This document shows positions 40,101 to 54,175 of a DNA stretch of 64,000 nt, one piece after another. Both the position numbers and the translations under genes were made by a program. The stretch spans positions 51,524,001 to 51,588,000 of the forward strand of contig OZ249436.1 in NCBI GenBank assembly GCA_965235115.1. Reading direction: 5' to 3'. Position 1 is the stretch's first letter; each line of letters begins with the position of its first letter. The stretch is from Laetmonice hystrix. Its lineage: Eukaryota. The notes under the pieces are model-generated. The model was not told the DNA's origin. It saw nothing but the letters and a program-made list of their open reading frames with translations, and made no database searches.

Positions 40101-43100
40101 CGGCAAATAAGGTTTCGGAGACCAAATGGAACACCATGCAGCATCTACCTCAGGGCAATAAAATGCCACAATTACGTGAATGAAGTAATTAACGTGTAAC
40201 TGCCCGATGTGTGACGCCGCTGGTTCTGACCTTGACCTGCTTGTGTGTTCATCACAGCCGAATGCTGCACACCACGGCATACTGCGTAACATTACGTGTT
40301 ACTCTGCTCACAGACCTTGTCTACACGATGTTTGGAGTCCCAACGTTTGTAAACGTCCGAGGTGATGAACACACAAGCAGAGCAAGGTTATTAGAACCAG
40401 CGGCGTCATACATCGGGCCACTTTAAATCTATAACCAAGGGGTGTGACGGAGTGAGACGGTCTTACCTGACTTGGCTACCTCCGGTACCTCGACATTCAG
40501 TTCCGTGGCCATGAAGCCGAGTATAGAGAATATTACAAACCCGGCAAATACACTAGTAAGACAATTTCCTATGGCTACAATCATCGTATCCCTGTGGTAA
40601 CAGAAACAAGGTTATAATATATTATGGAGTAGCACTTGGTGAAAAGGTACAGAAACAGAAGTAAAAGTTGGTCTGTGTTTTAGTCGTATACACAAGACGT
40701 ACCTGTAAATATTATTGTGGAATTTGTTGTATGAAGCGAAGGTCATCAGACCGCCACCTCCAACGCTAAGAGAGAAGAAGATCTGTCCAGCAGCATCTGC
40801 CCAAACCTTAGAACATGTAAAAGACGTAGTAACAATTGCCATAGTATAATGATCGACCAAATATTGTGGTACTCTATGATATATGTTCGTTATCACGCAT
40901 TCAAAAAAGTTTTTTTTTTTCATGGCTACGGTGGCCCACATTAATTTCTATAATGGACATTTTATTTTATTTCAGTACTTATTGTAATTTTATCATTATC
41001 CACCGTAGGTAAAAGTATAATTCCGCGTAGAAACCCCTTTTCCGAAGAATTATATACTTCTCTCCGCGGAATTATACTTTTCTCTGGAGAGAAACTGATC
41101 AGACGGCGCCCTGCCTCGCCGCCACTCTACAACGGGGATAGTCATATTCCCCGCGCTTGCGTTCCTGCGCTTGCGTTCCCGCTCTTGCGTTCCCGCGTTT
41201 GCGTTCCCGCGCTTACATGCCGCCGCCGCTCTCCCCTGTCTGTCGCGGGAGAAAAGTTTTCTCCGCAAAGAGACGACTTTTTTCCGCGGTGGAAAGTTAT
41301 AAAAATTCAATAGGCCTATAGGTACTAAAATAATGTCCCTTATAGAAATTAATGTCCCTTATGGGCCACGGTACATGCTGGTATTGTTTGAGTCGGGCCT
41401 TACCTTAGCGTTCAACAATTGCTCCCATTTAGGCACGATGTAGAAGTAGACTCCTTTTCCTGCCCCTGGCAACGTGACAGCACGGAAGAAGAGGATGACA
41501 AGGAGCAGGTAGGGAAATGTTGCTGTAAAATACACCACCTGCCAAAATAAAAGACACAAGGACAACCATGAATCACCTCAATAATATAATGTGTGTGTTT
41601 TATGACCTATATATTTGCAGATTCATACTTAGTTGTAAATACAAAAGTTACTATAATTGTTTAGATAATCAAGGTTTAACAGAAACTCTGTAAATAAAAG
41701 AATGAGCTGAAGACCAACACGTACTTTCCCCGACGATTTGATGCCCTTCAATATACACAGATAACAAAGGATCCATGCGAGCAGGTAAGTTAGCGCTATA
41801 TCCCATTGAATCGTACCCGTGTCCTCAATATTGTCACTACGTTTCAGCATTCCAAAGCTGCCATGGAAAAACATGTGGTTATAGAATGATTGAAAAGGAC
41901 GACCACTGTATAATGTTATGGTGTCACTGAAATACTTAACAGGGCTGCCCATTTGTCGCTTTGTCTCGAATTGGAGTGACAACAGCAAAGCAAATGCGAA
42001 AAGGAATAAAAACTGAGTGACCATTTCACGGAAACAACCATTGCCTTTTTACAAAGGAAGGCTCGACTCGTCACCCATCCTGTACCGTCCGCCATAATGG
42101 CTATTTTTACCCATTGAAACGTTTGTTGATGATAATTCTGGTATACGCCACACTTCCAGCCTAAACTTTGAACAGCCCTGCTTCAGCAATACAGTAGGCC
42201 TATTGCAGGAACATTACAGAATTGCTATAGCAAACAATTCTTTCTTATAATGGTGACCAATTGTAATAAAAAAATAACATTATGCATCGCCCTATACTTT
42301 TCATATGATTTATAGCGTAAGTGGGCTATCTACTCTGAGATCAGCACGAGTTTAACAATTGTCTCACTTGAAGTATTCTTCCGTTGGGCTGACGAGTCGT
42401 TTGGTCAGGTTGTTGTTGAGGTAATCAGAGAGTGAGTTATACGTATAGTTGTAGCAAGTGGAAGCGATATCTGTTATGTTGGACGCGGTGGTCAGGTTTG
42501 TGGTGTTACAAGCAGTTCGGAGTTCATCGAACGACTCCACGTAGGTTTGATTGTAACATGTCTGGTTGAACCACTTCCCATTCTGTACCGTCTCACAATC
42601 CATCGCCTCCTCCTTTGAGTAGCAGTCTTTGAAAACAAAACATGCATTAGGCCTACATATTCCGAGCTCTTTCGAGTTGATGTGACAGTCAGATAATTAC
42701 AATCCAATTCTAGTGGCTACACATCCAGAAGGATCATGAGGTTGATTTCTGTCAGTATTTCCTTGAAAACATAGGCATATTATCTCAAAAATTAAAAGAT
42801 ATCAGGATTTCTTTTTTCTATTACATCCTGGTATATGAAAAGACGAACAGGAGTGCAGTTTTTTTATGATGTCAAATGTCATTTACATTGTATAATAATT
42901 ACTTGGTTAACTGTATGAGCTGAACATACATGCCGTGTTGAAGTCGTGATGACAGCCTTTCCATGGTAGATTCTTTTGAAACGATGCAAATAGATAATAA
43001 AGAGACCACGTGATGATCATTTGATAATAAATTCCACCCCAGATCGTTATGACCATCCCAACACCAATACCTGCAAAATAATACAACTGATGGTTTAATC

Positions 43101-46100
43101 CTCACATTCATAAGATCATTATGACCATCCCAACACCAATACCTGCAAAATAATACAACTGATGGTTTAATCCTCACATTCATAAGATCATTATGACCAT
43201 CCCAACACCAATACCTGCAAAATAATACAACTCATGGTTTAATCCTCACATTCATATATGCTGTTCGTATAACTCCTTGTTTGCAAATTAGTAACGGTTT
43301 TTAATGGGAAACGGTTTGTCCAGCAGTTGGCCAACAAGGAATTTTTTCTCGCCACACATGTTAAAAGAAAATTAAAATGCACAAAATTCTTTTTAGCTTT
43401 GGAAATGAAAAAACAATGCAGGGAAAGAACCCTCGCCCCCTTCTTTTTAATCTAATAATCCCTGCATGACGTCGTGCGTACCCTGGAAGAGTGGAGCGCA
43501 GTTAAAGACGTGGACGGGACCGCTGGCCGAGTACTGGCCGGCCCCCAGCTCCATCAGGAACACTGGGATACCGATAAAGGTGAGCATCAACGTGTACGGA
43601 ATCAGGAAGGCTCCTGAAAAACCAACATACCGAGCAAACATTAGGCCTACAGCCAGTGTTGTTTCACACCTACATCCAACCTATATGAGTCCTATATATT
43701 TGTATGTATCTCTGGTATCCATGCACACACTGGGAGGCCGACCGTATTTCAAACATGCTTTTTCGGACCCGACGATAAAGGATATCAGTACCGACACCTT
43801 AAATCCCCTATATTCACAGTAGTATGTCACATCAGTATACCCAAACATAGTCCTGAGCAATCCTGAAGATATAGGACTATTATTTGTTAAAATAATTCCC
43901 CTGCACCCTTGTGTGAATAGCAGGGGCGCAGAGGCGAAGGTGGTGTAAGGTCGGACTTTTACCAATTTATTGTAGCAGATAATCCATTTCTTTATTACAA
44001 CCATGCCTGAAGTATCTTTAGTTCCAAGGTTTGGCCTAAATAACCCAATGGAAAAGGCCATCTCCATCATTTTTATACAGATGGCAGGTGGGCCTATATA
44101 AACCCGTGGCCATGCTATACAATTTCACTAAAATAAATTCAGCCTCTCAACTTCCCCAGTAATGTCTCCTGTTTCATGTTTGAACTATACTACATATTCA
44201 TATAGAAGGGAAACTTATTAAGGGGGAAGATTATTTTCTTATGAATAAGTATAGGCCTAGGCCTATCATACAACTCGCTGTGAGGTCAAACAATGTGAGC
44301 GAGGTGATGACCTTTGACCTTACCTCCTCCATTGGTGTATGCCATGTACGGGAACCTCCACACGTTGCCGAGGCCGACAGCGTACCCCAAACATGAGAGG
44401 ATAAACTCGGCCGGGCTGTCCCATGTCCCTCGTTCAGAACTATCATCTTCCTCCTCCTGTACCTACAGTGGGAAACGACGGAACGAAGATCTAAGGCACG
44501 GCTACACATCGAATGGAAAACAAATCCGTCTTGGTCTTAAATAATTATTTCAAAACTCAGCCGTGGATGAGAAATGTGAATTTCGGACCATTTTGGCTGG
44601 TCTATTAAACGGCTGTATACTAGAATGTTGATTTGGAGCTGGTGAACCTCAAATAAACTGGGTTGGAGAGAACACCTATTATATTTCTTCAATGGTATCG
44701 CAAAAATGGCGAAAATATTAGGGTTTACAATGTGCGGATATACCTGTGCGTGCCACCAAAGCTGCCCCTCTTTATACGATTGAAGGTGTATAACTTAGTA
44801 CTATAATAGCCCCCTTTCTATACTAAATAACATCTAGATTCTAAATCCTATAGTCTATATATATGTGAACAATTCAACCGTGCAATTTCCATTTCTATAA
44901 TATAATGTGTAACACGTGAAACTACTGTTTATAGTGTAGGCCTTCGCCTAAGTTTTGCTAGATACATGATCTCCTGAAAACTGTGGGCTCAGCCTTTTCT
45001 ACGTGATGTAAGTTAGTAAGCATCTTAATATATCTTTGGTCTCACTAATACATGTAATTAAAGAGGAAAATGCCTCGGTCGATAAGGAAACTTCCAATAT
45101 TAAAAATATTAATTATTATAAAGCAAACCATAAGTTTTATTATTGTAGATGCATAAAGAACTGCCAGGTATAATCGGAGTATGTAGTATAGGCCTATGTG
45201 TGAGTATACCATAACCAAAACCAAATCCGTGCGCGTGTTCCTTGCTAGTACTGAGTCAAAGAGTGAAATCGTTACCGTTGAATTGGTAACCTCTTTCTCC
45301 AGCTGTAACTCCAGGACCATGCTGCCCGTACTGCTCCAGTGTCCCAGTACTGGAGTAGACATGGCACTGGAGTAACTATTTCTCCGCCCATTGGCCGGAC
45401 CCCATCCTCCTGTAAGGAGATCGCCGTCACTCCGTCTGAACGGTAAGTATTGCCATTCAAGCATGTCCTCCGGATCCCCGTTAGCCTGGACATAGCTGTT
45501 CCGGCGTGTACTGCCGCTGCTGCCGAGACTATCCTGACTGACGAGGCGGTCTCTCTCCGAGCCCACCCGGCCCGGCAGGGACATCTCACTCGACACGGTG
45601 CCATCGGCCATATGTCACGTCGTTTGGTGACAAGTGCTGAAATCCTGCCTGTCGGAATATATAGCAGTTACTGATAACCTGGCTTCTGTAAGGCAGGCAT
45701 GGCCTTACTGAGTTTCCTTAATTGTGATCTCTATAGGCCTATATAGTGGAGGCCGGTCCACAATACAGCCCGAGGAATTTGGTTGGAGACGGCAGGGGAG
45801 AAGGAAGAACCTAAGGGACGTTACTATATAGTTCCGCAAGAGTGCACTGTTCAATAGTTTTCCAGGTAGTCTAAACATGATTATTTTTGTGTCCCCAGTC
45901 CCTGTCTAATAATTAGGGGTATGACCAAAGTATAGGCCCTACACTTGCTAATCAATGGGCCTATAATAGTAGGCCCTACTGCCTTTTAGGGTTTACTCAT
46001 TTTAGACCACCAACAGACAATATGAGGGAGTTTTCAGACACAGAAGGAACCAGGTTATATCGTTTATAATAACTATTTGATTGTGTCCGATCGAATATTC

Positions 46101-47537
46101 CAACAAAAGCATTACAATATTTTAATTTTGGAGTATCGATACATCTTTCTAGTCTTGAATGATTAAAAGTTTTAACGTTTTGAAAGGGATGGAAACCTTG
46201 TCTCTGTGATAGGACGACGTTCAGTCAATTAGAAACCCCCTGATGATGGCTAGGCCTATTTCACCAGACTTTCATCAGGATCATGAATGCAGCTTCATAT
46301 TAAGACGTTATTATTTACACTTTGAATTCTGAATTTAAACTTCCGAATGATATATATATGTGCATATCATTCAGAAGTCATAGTTCAATTATAAATCTAA
46401 CAGATTTTCTATATGCACCAGGCATTATAGTCTGCACACATCCACACAGCCTGCATACATACCATCACCCATGCACGCACGCAAGTTAGAGAGAGGGAGA
46501 GGGGGAGAGAGACAGCGTGTTTTCATTATTTGCTCTCTGATATAGACTAACTCTGGTCTACCGTCAAGCTCTCCCATATAAAACTCCATATATAAACATG
46601 GCATATTTAACTTGTTGTCAGAGGTTTCCTTCGGTGAAGTCATGATCTCATATATTGCCGGGTTGAAACAGGTTAGGTCTATCCGGATATCCTGAATTCT
46701 TCAGTAGCCGTGAGTGTATACCATGGTCCCGAGGTGTGATTACCATTGTTGATTTCCTAAGTGTGTACGTCCTCCTTTGGTCGTTGTTTCAGGCCGAGAA
46801 CTGACACAGTGGTCCGGATTCCCGACTTTTACGATTCTGGCCACACCTGCGCATAGCACTCCCCAGCATGAGGTGCGCGTCCCGCCATGTAGGCCCATGT
46901 TGCAATGGAGCCTATCTACCTGACAAGCCTGGCATGGTAGGATAGGCCTACTCATGCAGCGACTGACCAGATGGTACAGGTCAAAATGGCGCAGTAAAAA
47001 TGCTGAGAGGCCATGCAGACTTTTAGATCTACGAAAGGTCTACCTACTCCCGCAGTGAGTTCCTAAATAAATAGAAGCCTACGAAGAGTTTTATGGACGG
47101 ATATTATCACGCTGTCAGTTTTAGTAGTATTTCGACCCCTTGTGATGCAAAGTTAAACATTCCACGCTGAACTGAAGTCACCCCTTCATAGAAAATAGAG
47201 ATGTTTCGGTATAAATTATATGTCTACCTATATATTTATAGGCTACTTAGGCCGATCAAATCATATCATATCGTAAATTAGCGAGTTATTCATCCTCAGT
47301 TATAATAGTTGAAATGCGCCCTTCTTTTGAGATAGACCAGGGTTTATACCATTATCCACCAGGTAGGCCTAACAAAGTTGGGCACATCACTGCACGGTCA
47401 GCAAATCGCACAGATAGCCTTCCCTATTGTTGACCATATACTGTTCTTGTGTCACTATCGACATCACACTGACAGCCTGTACTCACCGCCTTGAGCGTGT
47501 CCACAGGTCGGCCCTTTTCAACCATATCAGTCTCCAT
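37116..47537 (-). CDS. SLC6 Na+/Cl- dependent amino-acid transporter (GlyT/PROT-like group), paralog 1, ~680 aa
   Basis: Exons 47537-47487 (or alternative 45611-45276), 44462-44324, 43613-43482, 43070-42930, 42626-42368, 41857-41725, 41538-41404, 40806-40703, 40591-40467, 39769-39657, 39443-39315, 38736-38637, 38486-38386, 37860-37672, 37307-37116. Motifs [57 protein letters not shown]. First exon less certain. Confidence 0.92.
38947..39162. mobile_element. Short hAT-like MITE
   Basis: cagggccct ... agggccctg termini. No intact 8-bp TSD. Confidence 0.45.
40202..40420. mobile_element. ~220-bp MITE with ~55-bp imperfect TIRs
   Basis: gcccgatgtgtgacgccgctggttctgaccttgacctgcttgtgtgttcatcac is inverted at 40362-40418. 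Confidence 0.75.
43042..43253 (-). repeat. 72-bp tandem triplication spanning a 3' splice site
   Basis: acaccaatacctgcaaaata at 43061, 43133 and 43205. Confidence 0.95.
45276..45611 (-). CDS. Alternative N-terminal coding exon of SLC6 paralog 1 (112 codons)
   Basis: ATG-initiated, GC-rich, Ser-rich ORF ([12 protein letters not shown]...EKEVTNST) ending at donor ACG|GTAACG in phase 0, compatible with exon 44462. Confidence 0.6.
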
Positions 47538-49140
47538 GGTGTCTTCTATACGCTCTCATTTGTCAACTGTTTTTCAAACTGTCTAGCTCTGCGCTTTCAT
47601 CTCGAGGTGTATTTGCATGACCAGACCTAACCATTTGCAACGCCCCCTTGCGACGAAGAGTGCACCTCATCCAGGTGTCCATCACCAAAAGGGCAGCCAA
47701 TCAGGCTGGCCAACCTGGGTCCACGGGCATCTGATATTGTCCAATGGTAAACTGAATGTAGAACCGGTGAACTTCCATGAGAAATCGGAATCCAGTGAGA
47801 ATGCGGGGGAAAGCCCGTAGGTCGTCTGTTCTTGGCTCGCAAGGATATGTAGGCCTACAGTTGAGTTGGTTGTGATGTATAGGCCTAGTAAACAAGGCAT
47901 GCCATGTGTTGGGGACGGTGTGCGTCCTCCATCCTGGAAATGTTTTAGGTCCATCCTGCCATATTGTTTACCTTTAATTATCAAGCCAATGTATCTACAG
48001 GGGCGTAGAACAAGGGGGACCAGGGGGCCATGCCCCCTCCACACACTTTAAAATGAAGGGGGGTCCACACTTTTGCCCCAGGAAAAGCATGTTGTAGACC
48101 TCAACGACCGAAGTGCAAGGAATAAAAAAAACGCATAAATACCATCAGAATTTTTATCTCCAAGTGACGGGAAATAGTGTTTTTTGGCCGCCAAAATTTA
48201 ATAATTCTCCTGGAGAGCCCCCCCCCCCCCCGCTGTCTGAACGGCTCGCTAGCGCCAAAATGTCGGCGCCCACAGGTTGAATCCCCCCCCCCCCCTTCAA
48301 AGACCTGTAATCCAAACATTTCAAGTGGGCACTTGAAACCGCATCTTTCTACGCGGACCTTATGTTTTATTCATAATTCTTCAGTGTCCGTGGGAAAAAG
48401 TATACCATGCATGCCCATGCGCATTCTATCTGCCAGTGCCATTCCGGGTGGGGGGGGGGGGCTCCATATGGAACGAGTGTTCCATACGGACTGATTTGAT
48501 TGTACACGTTACAGGGTGATGCGACGTAAACTATGACCATGAGGTCCTAACTTTCGGTGGCAGTGAAGATCTACATTTTGTGGGGAGCAAGAACGTAGAT
48601 CAGGAGCGTAGGAATAGGGGGCCAGGTGGGCCATGCCCCCCCCCCCACACACACACACTTTGAAATGAGGGGGGCCAGAGTATCTTTTGCCCCCCCCCCC
48701 CCCACTTTTTCCCTCCCCTTGACTTTTGTCATTGGAAGTCTATGGAGAAGGAGGGAATTTTCTCACATTTCAGACCTTATTTTGTGCTCTAAGATTCACC
48801 AAATCCCACCAAATTACACTATAAATTTCAAAAATTTTCGGGGGACATGCCCCCGGACTCCCATAGCATGACTTGCCAAACTGTAATCCCCCCTCGAAAA
48901 ATCCTGTGCATGGCCCTGTTGCCCCCCCCCCCCCCCCCCCACACACACACACATTTAACCCTATGCCGGCGACGTTTGTTACGTCACAGTCGTCACAGGG
49001 GCTGACCCAGTTTTGTGCACCACCCCACGTGGGCGAGCCATTTTGGATTTTCGTCTCGAAAAACGTGATTTTGGGACACGTCTAAAAGACAATAGCAATC
49101 AACATATAATCTTTCTGGGAGTAAATCAGAGGTCGGCTAC

Positions 49141-49718
49141 CAATCGGGAATCCTCGGCCATATCTTCGAAAGTATAGCCTCGGGTGAATTGAGCGCCAAT
49201 TTGAACATTGCATCGCGGGTAGGCCTACATTGAGCCGGGAATCTGGAAATCATGGCAGTGCATGCTTGTAGTATTTTGTCTGCATCAGACATGGAAGCAG
49301 CTAAAATAGGCCTCTAGTGCTCTTCCCATAGGCAGTAGGCAAAATACGATAGAATCATGTTCTTGATACAAGTAGTCCTGCCATGTTTCGTGTTGTTGTC
49401 GTTCATGGGCGCGGCCATATTGATTCTGATAATTTTCCATATCACGCGCCGATTTAGGTAAATTTTTATTAAGTGATTCATTTTTCTTCTTCAAACATTC
49501 CCCTTAATACCAGAAATTTATATTTGCACATACGATGCCAAGGAGCAGGTTTCAACAATGCACTACTTCCTGGCTCGATGGGATATGACGGTTCACTCAG
49601 TGCCTCGCTACACAGCCCCATTTGGCCATGTATCTGGTTGCCAACATGGCCACTAATTCACCCGAGGGTATATCGAATAGCAGGAAGTGACGTCATATGC
49701 CCGAGGGAATCCCATATG
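49141..49718. mobile_element. Second, inverted and more diverged copy of the 9-bp-TSD MITE (copy B, 578 bp)
   Basis: Alignable to 27833-28424 on the opposite strand. TSD gtcggctac (49132-49140) / ggcggctac (49719-49727). Confidence 0.88.
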
Positions 49719-52700
49719 GGCGGCTACACAAATTAGAAATGAAAGAATTGTCTCTGACATAAGTTGTGTAGCCATTATTTTGAGCAAGAGTATAGCCCAT
49801 AGTGAAACTAAGGGTACGATAGAAAATAATGCTGAAAATAATGAAGGTTTCGTTTCTGGTTCGTTTTTCTGAGTGTGTATTGGTGGGATACACCCTGTAT
49901 TATTGAAAAGGCCTCCACCTTCAACCTGTAAAATCCCACATTTGACCTCCTGTATGGGTAGTCAGAATGGAATTCCAAAGTGGCAAGTAATACGCTGTGT
50001 TAGAATTAAAGCATCTGGACCAGGTATGTGAGATGAGATACGCTGCCAAGTTCGGCCGGATGTGACTAACGAAAAGTCCGGTTCTTCGGTCAAGGATGAG
50101 TGACTTTCCGTGTCCTTTCGGAGGAAATAAATATTATGTTTTGCACGTGAAGCCGAGACCAAACGTTACAAAAGGTGTATAGGGCCCACAGATCAGAGTG
50201 CATGCCAAACACTATAACCAAATTCACACTGAAATGGTCCTTGTCGCGCTATAAGGACAATGATGAATACGAAAATTTCCCAGCAACTGATTTAGTGTAG
50301 AGTGCACGTGACCGACCCTACTTTTTTGGTAAATCGGGCAGTCTTTTGAAAATACAAAAAGTACATATCCCCCCCCCCCCCTCCATTTAAAAAAAATCTA
50401 AGTATTCCTGTTCATGTATGCTCCGCCTCGAGTGGGGCCTAAAGCCATGGATCAGTTGGCAGCGTATGACGGTGACAGCGGCGGCCCACCTGGCTGCCGT
50501 GTCCTCACATGTATTTTGTTACCTGTGCCAGGACACACGTGATGGCACCATGGTGACACAGGATTCGCAGCTTTCTGGTCCATTAGGTTAGGACTTGTAA
50601 TTACATCAGCCTATAGCTTATCGTGAAATCGCCACTCAGCACTGTGGTTAACGAAACCATCGCCGGCGAGGATATACTTGCTCTGTTCTGAGCTAACACA
50701 AAATGGCGGGAGTTCCCCTACCACACTCTCTGCTGGTGGATCCAATTCTATACATTTTTATCATGTTTATTTAGAGATAGAAAGCAAACACCAGTATCGA
50801 CACACCCCAATGGCATGTATTTGATACCGTTGCTACCCTCAGGAGGAACAAAAGTCTCAAATTATGTTGACAATTTAAAACGAACACGAGAAATGGGAAT
50901 GATTCTTGTTTTAATTGTAATATTCAGTTATAGTTTATAATCTACCGTATATATATCAAACATTTTACCTCATCTGGTTATAATCCTTGTATTTATACCT
51001 AATTAATTTGATCGAAATCGTACACATAGGCCTATAGTTATAGGCGTAGAGGACCCTAACACACCTGTCGGAATTCGGCCGTGTTTCACTCGGGGCGGGG
51101 TATAGAGTTCATCTCATGAATATAGCGAGCGTGTGATCATGGCTACACTGTCCTGGGGTTACACTAATCACTAAGTAACCTTTGAATATTTCTCCGTACC
51201 TGGCTGGTGTATGTGCAGGCCACTGTGTGAGGATGTGCTATCATCTGATCCCTCATCCAGAGACGGATCCAGGATTTTCAAGACGGGGGGGGGGGGGTAC
51301 TATGGAAAAAGGGCACTTTCGCAAATCGCCCCCCCCCCAAGTGAGTAGCCCACACAGTCAAATAAAAGTGGCATAGATAGACGTGCACATATCAACAGGA
51401 CCGTAGCTAGAAATTTGTGGGGGCAGTCAGGGGCGATTCCATGAATTTTGGAAAAGGGGTTGCCCCATACAAACGCCGAAGGCGCGAAGCCATGAGCGGG
51501 GGGGGGGGGTGCAAAATATGAAAATTACTTTAGCCCTATAATAGGCCTATATAGCCGAGACAATTAAACATAGATTTAAAAAAAAAAATTAAAAAGCCAC
51601 CTATAGGGTGAGAGAAAAGGGCACTTGGGGTCAGGGGGTGCGCACGTCCAGCACCCCCCCCCCCCCCGATCTGTCACTGCACTGTCCCTATCTTGTAGGC
51701 TATTATCTTATAGGCGTACCTTTATCAGCTTATAATAGGTGTCGATTGGTTGGACAAAGTGATGCCAGGACATAATACTAACTGTACAACATCACGACCA
51801 GTTTTATCAGGGAACGCCACAACGTGCCACGATCATCTAAAGATGACAACTGTGGCGAAACCCCCACCCCCTTCAAAAATAGCACCCCACAAAAAGATTG
51901 GGAGATAATATACCGACACCCTAACGATGGATGGACCCCGGCGTAAGCCTACCAATTATTCTCAGTATAAGCAAGTCTTGATATGTCCATGCTAAAGCCG
52001 TAGAGTAAAATATTCTATACTCTTACTTGTTTACCGATGGGGTCAGATGGAGTTCAGTTTCTGAACCTTCAGGCGGAAATGGTTGTTTCTGCCGATCGCT
52101 GAAGTGAACACTGCTTATAAAAGCAAGTACCTCTTCGCCTCATCTTGGTGTCTTATTGTAATATAGGTGTAAAATAAGATGTAAAACTAGCGTAGGGTTG
52201 GTTTGGTGTGCACTTTGTCATGGGTCGATACCCCTCGTTCTTTGTGTCGTGTTGGAAACAACGTCTCCGCACCAGGTATACTTTGGCAAGGGGTGCTATA
52301 TGACCAGGTGTTGTAGGGTATTAATGAGGAACCGTATGTCTGTATACTCACAGTATACTCACAGTCACGGTCCTTTGGTTATATAGGTCGGTCAGGTAAA
52401 CCGGTAGAAATGTATAGCCTATACATTACTGTATATCGATGTCCCGTGGTTGAGGGACTATTATGTACATTACGTATGGTATGTAAACACGTGTAAGTAT
52501 ATATGTATGCAAGATGTGATGTAAAGGTATAAGTTATATGTACAACGTATCCATGGAAGAGTGATCTATGGTTAAGAGTGGAAGTTTTATGCATGTCTAT
52601 AAAAACGCATGGGGAAATAAAAGGTTGGCGTATTGAAGTCCATCACAAACGATTAAGGTATATTAAATAGTACACCTTTATTCAATAATTGATGACAATA

Positions 52701-52860
52701 TATAATTATGATTACCGGTGAGCATCACACAGGAACTTTCGATGATTTTCAAGCATTCAATAAATCACGCAGATGATATCAGATTCGTCCATCATTCAGA
52801 CCGAAACATCATACGTTTAAAAACAACATCATACACACCCCGTTCACGTGTACACACACT

Positions 52861-53018
52861 CCGTTCACGGGTTCCACAGTCTGCTGAATACTGCAGAGAA
52901 TCTGTAACAAACAATTCGTTCACGTGTTCCATACTCTGCTAAATACTGCAGAGAATCTGTAACACACATTTCGTTCACGTGTTCTATACTCTACTTAATA
53001 CTGCAGAGAATCTGTAAC
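52861..53018. repeat. 55-bp tandem repeat x3
   Basis: ctgcagagaatctgtaac at 52891, 52946 and 53001. Confidence 0.9.
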
Positions 53019-54175
53019 CTAACACACACTGTGACACCGAGTATCCATTCTTCGTATTTCTTACACTTATCACTCATGATTCAAAAAATTATTATTATAC
53101 ACATATATTTACATTCACATACCTTATATTAAGGTATAGGCATATATTCGCCTCAGAGAATCTCATACATAACAATCTTTATGACAATGGGCGGAGCTGG
53201 ATATCGAGTTTTTTTTATCTTTGAGATAAACTCGCCTTCTAAAGATGTGGTTATAAATTTGACTATAATAGCACTTCCTCGTCCTCAGCTTAAGAAAAAG
53301 TGCACAAGTATAGTGACAATGACGTAGATAACTCGAGAGTGTGGAGATAACGACGTCCTCACACATTGACCTCTCACCTTGACCTTTCGTTAAAACCGTC
53401 TGCCGGAGGTCATGTTAGTAAGATACTTAACCCAGACGAGTATTTGCAATCAGTAGCGCAATGTTGGAATATTTTTGAGAAATTCAAGTAAATATATTTC
53501 CTACGTAAATATAATAAACAAATATTGGTAAATCATTTCAACCCTTACTGACATGGGTTTATGTGACAAGAGCTTATCTGGTACTGCTTAATGTGATTGT
53601 GATTATATCTAATGGACAAACGATAACGAGTAAATTGCTCATGCTTTGCTCTGTCAATGTATTCTTGTCAATAAATACCTACCCTAAAATGTGCCATGAT
53701 TACTTTCTATCGATCAAATAACAATTTATGATATTCTATACTTACAAAGTACAGGAGGAATTATTACTGTAAGCCCTCGTTCAATCAAGAGGCCACATGA
53801 AGGTATACATGATATTATGAAAGCTCCATGTACACGTCATACTCTGGAATGTACAATGATATGTACCGACTATGTACAAAAGCAGTTTACCAGTCGATGT
53901 ATGTTGAAACATGTTTCTACAATGTGGACGGGACGTGTCGATTCAAGTTTTCTAACACTGCAATCTGCATGACAAGGTTGTGACATCTAGTTCTCTCCCT
54001 CGTTTTCTCCGCCTCTTTTTTTACACCCTGAGATTTGATAGGCCTACTTGTCATTCGCTAGATTTACAATTTACACCCGGACTCCGGCTCTTCATGACAT
54101 CATACATATAGGGGGATGTGCCCCCCCCCCCCCCCCATAGCTCCAATGTAGCCGCTACTGAGACTAACGATCTTC

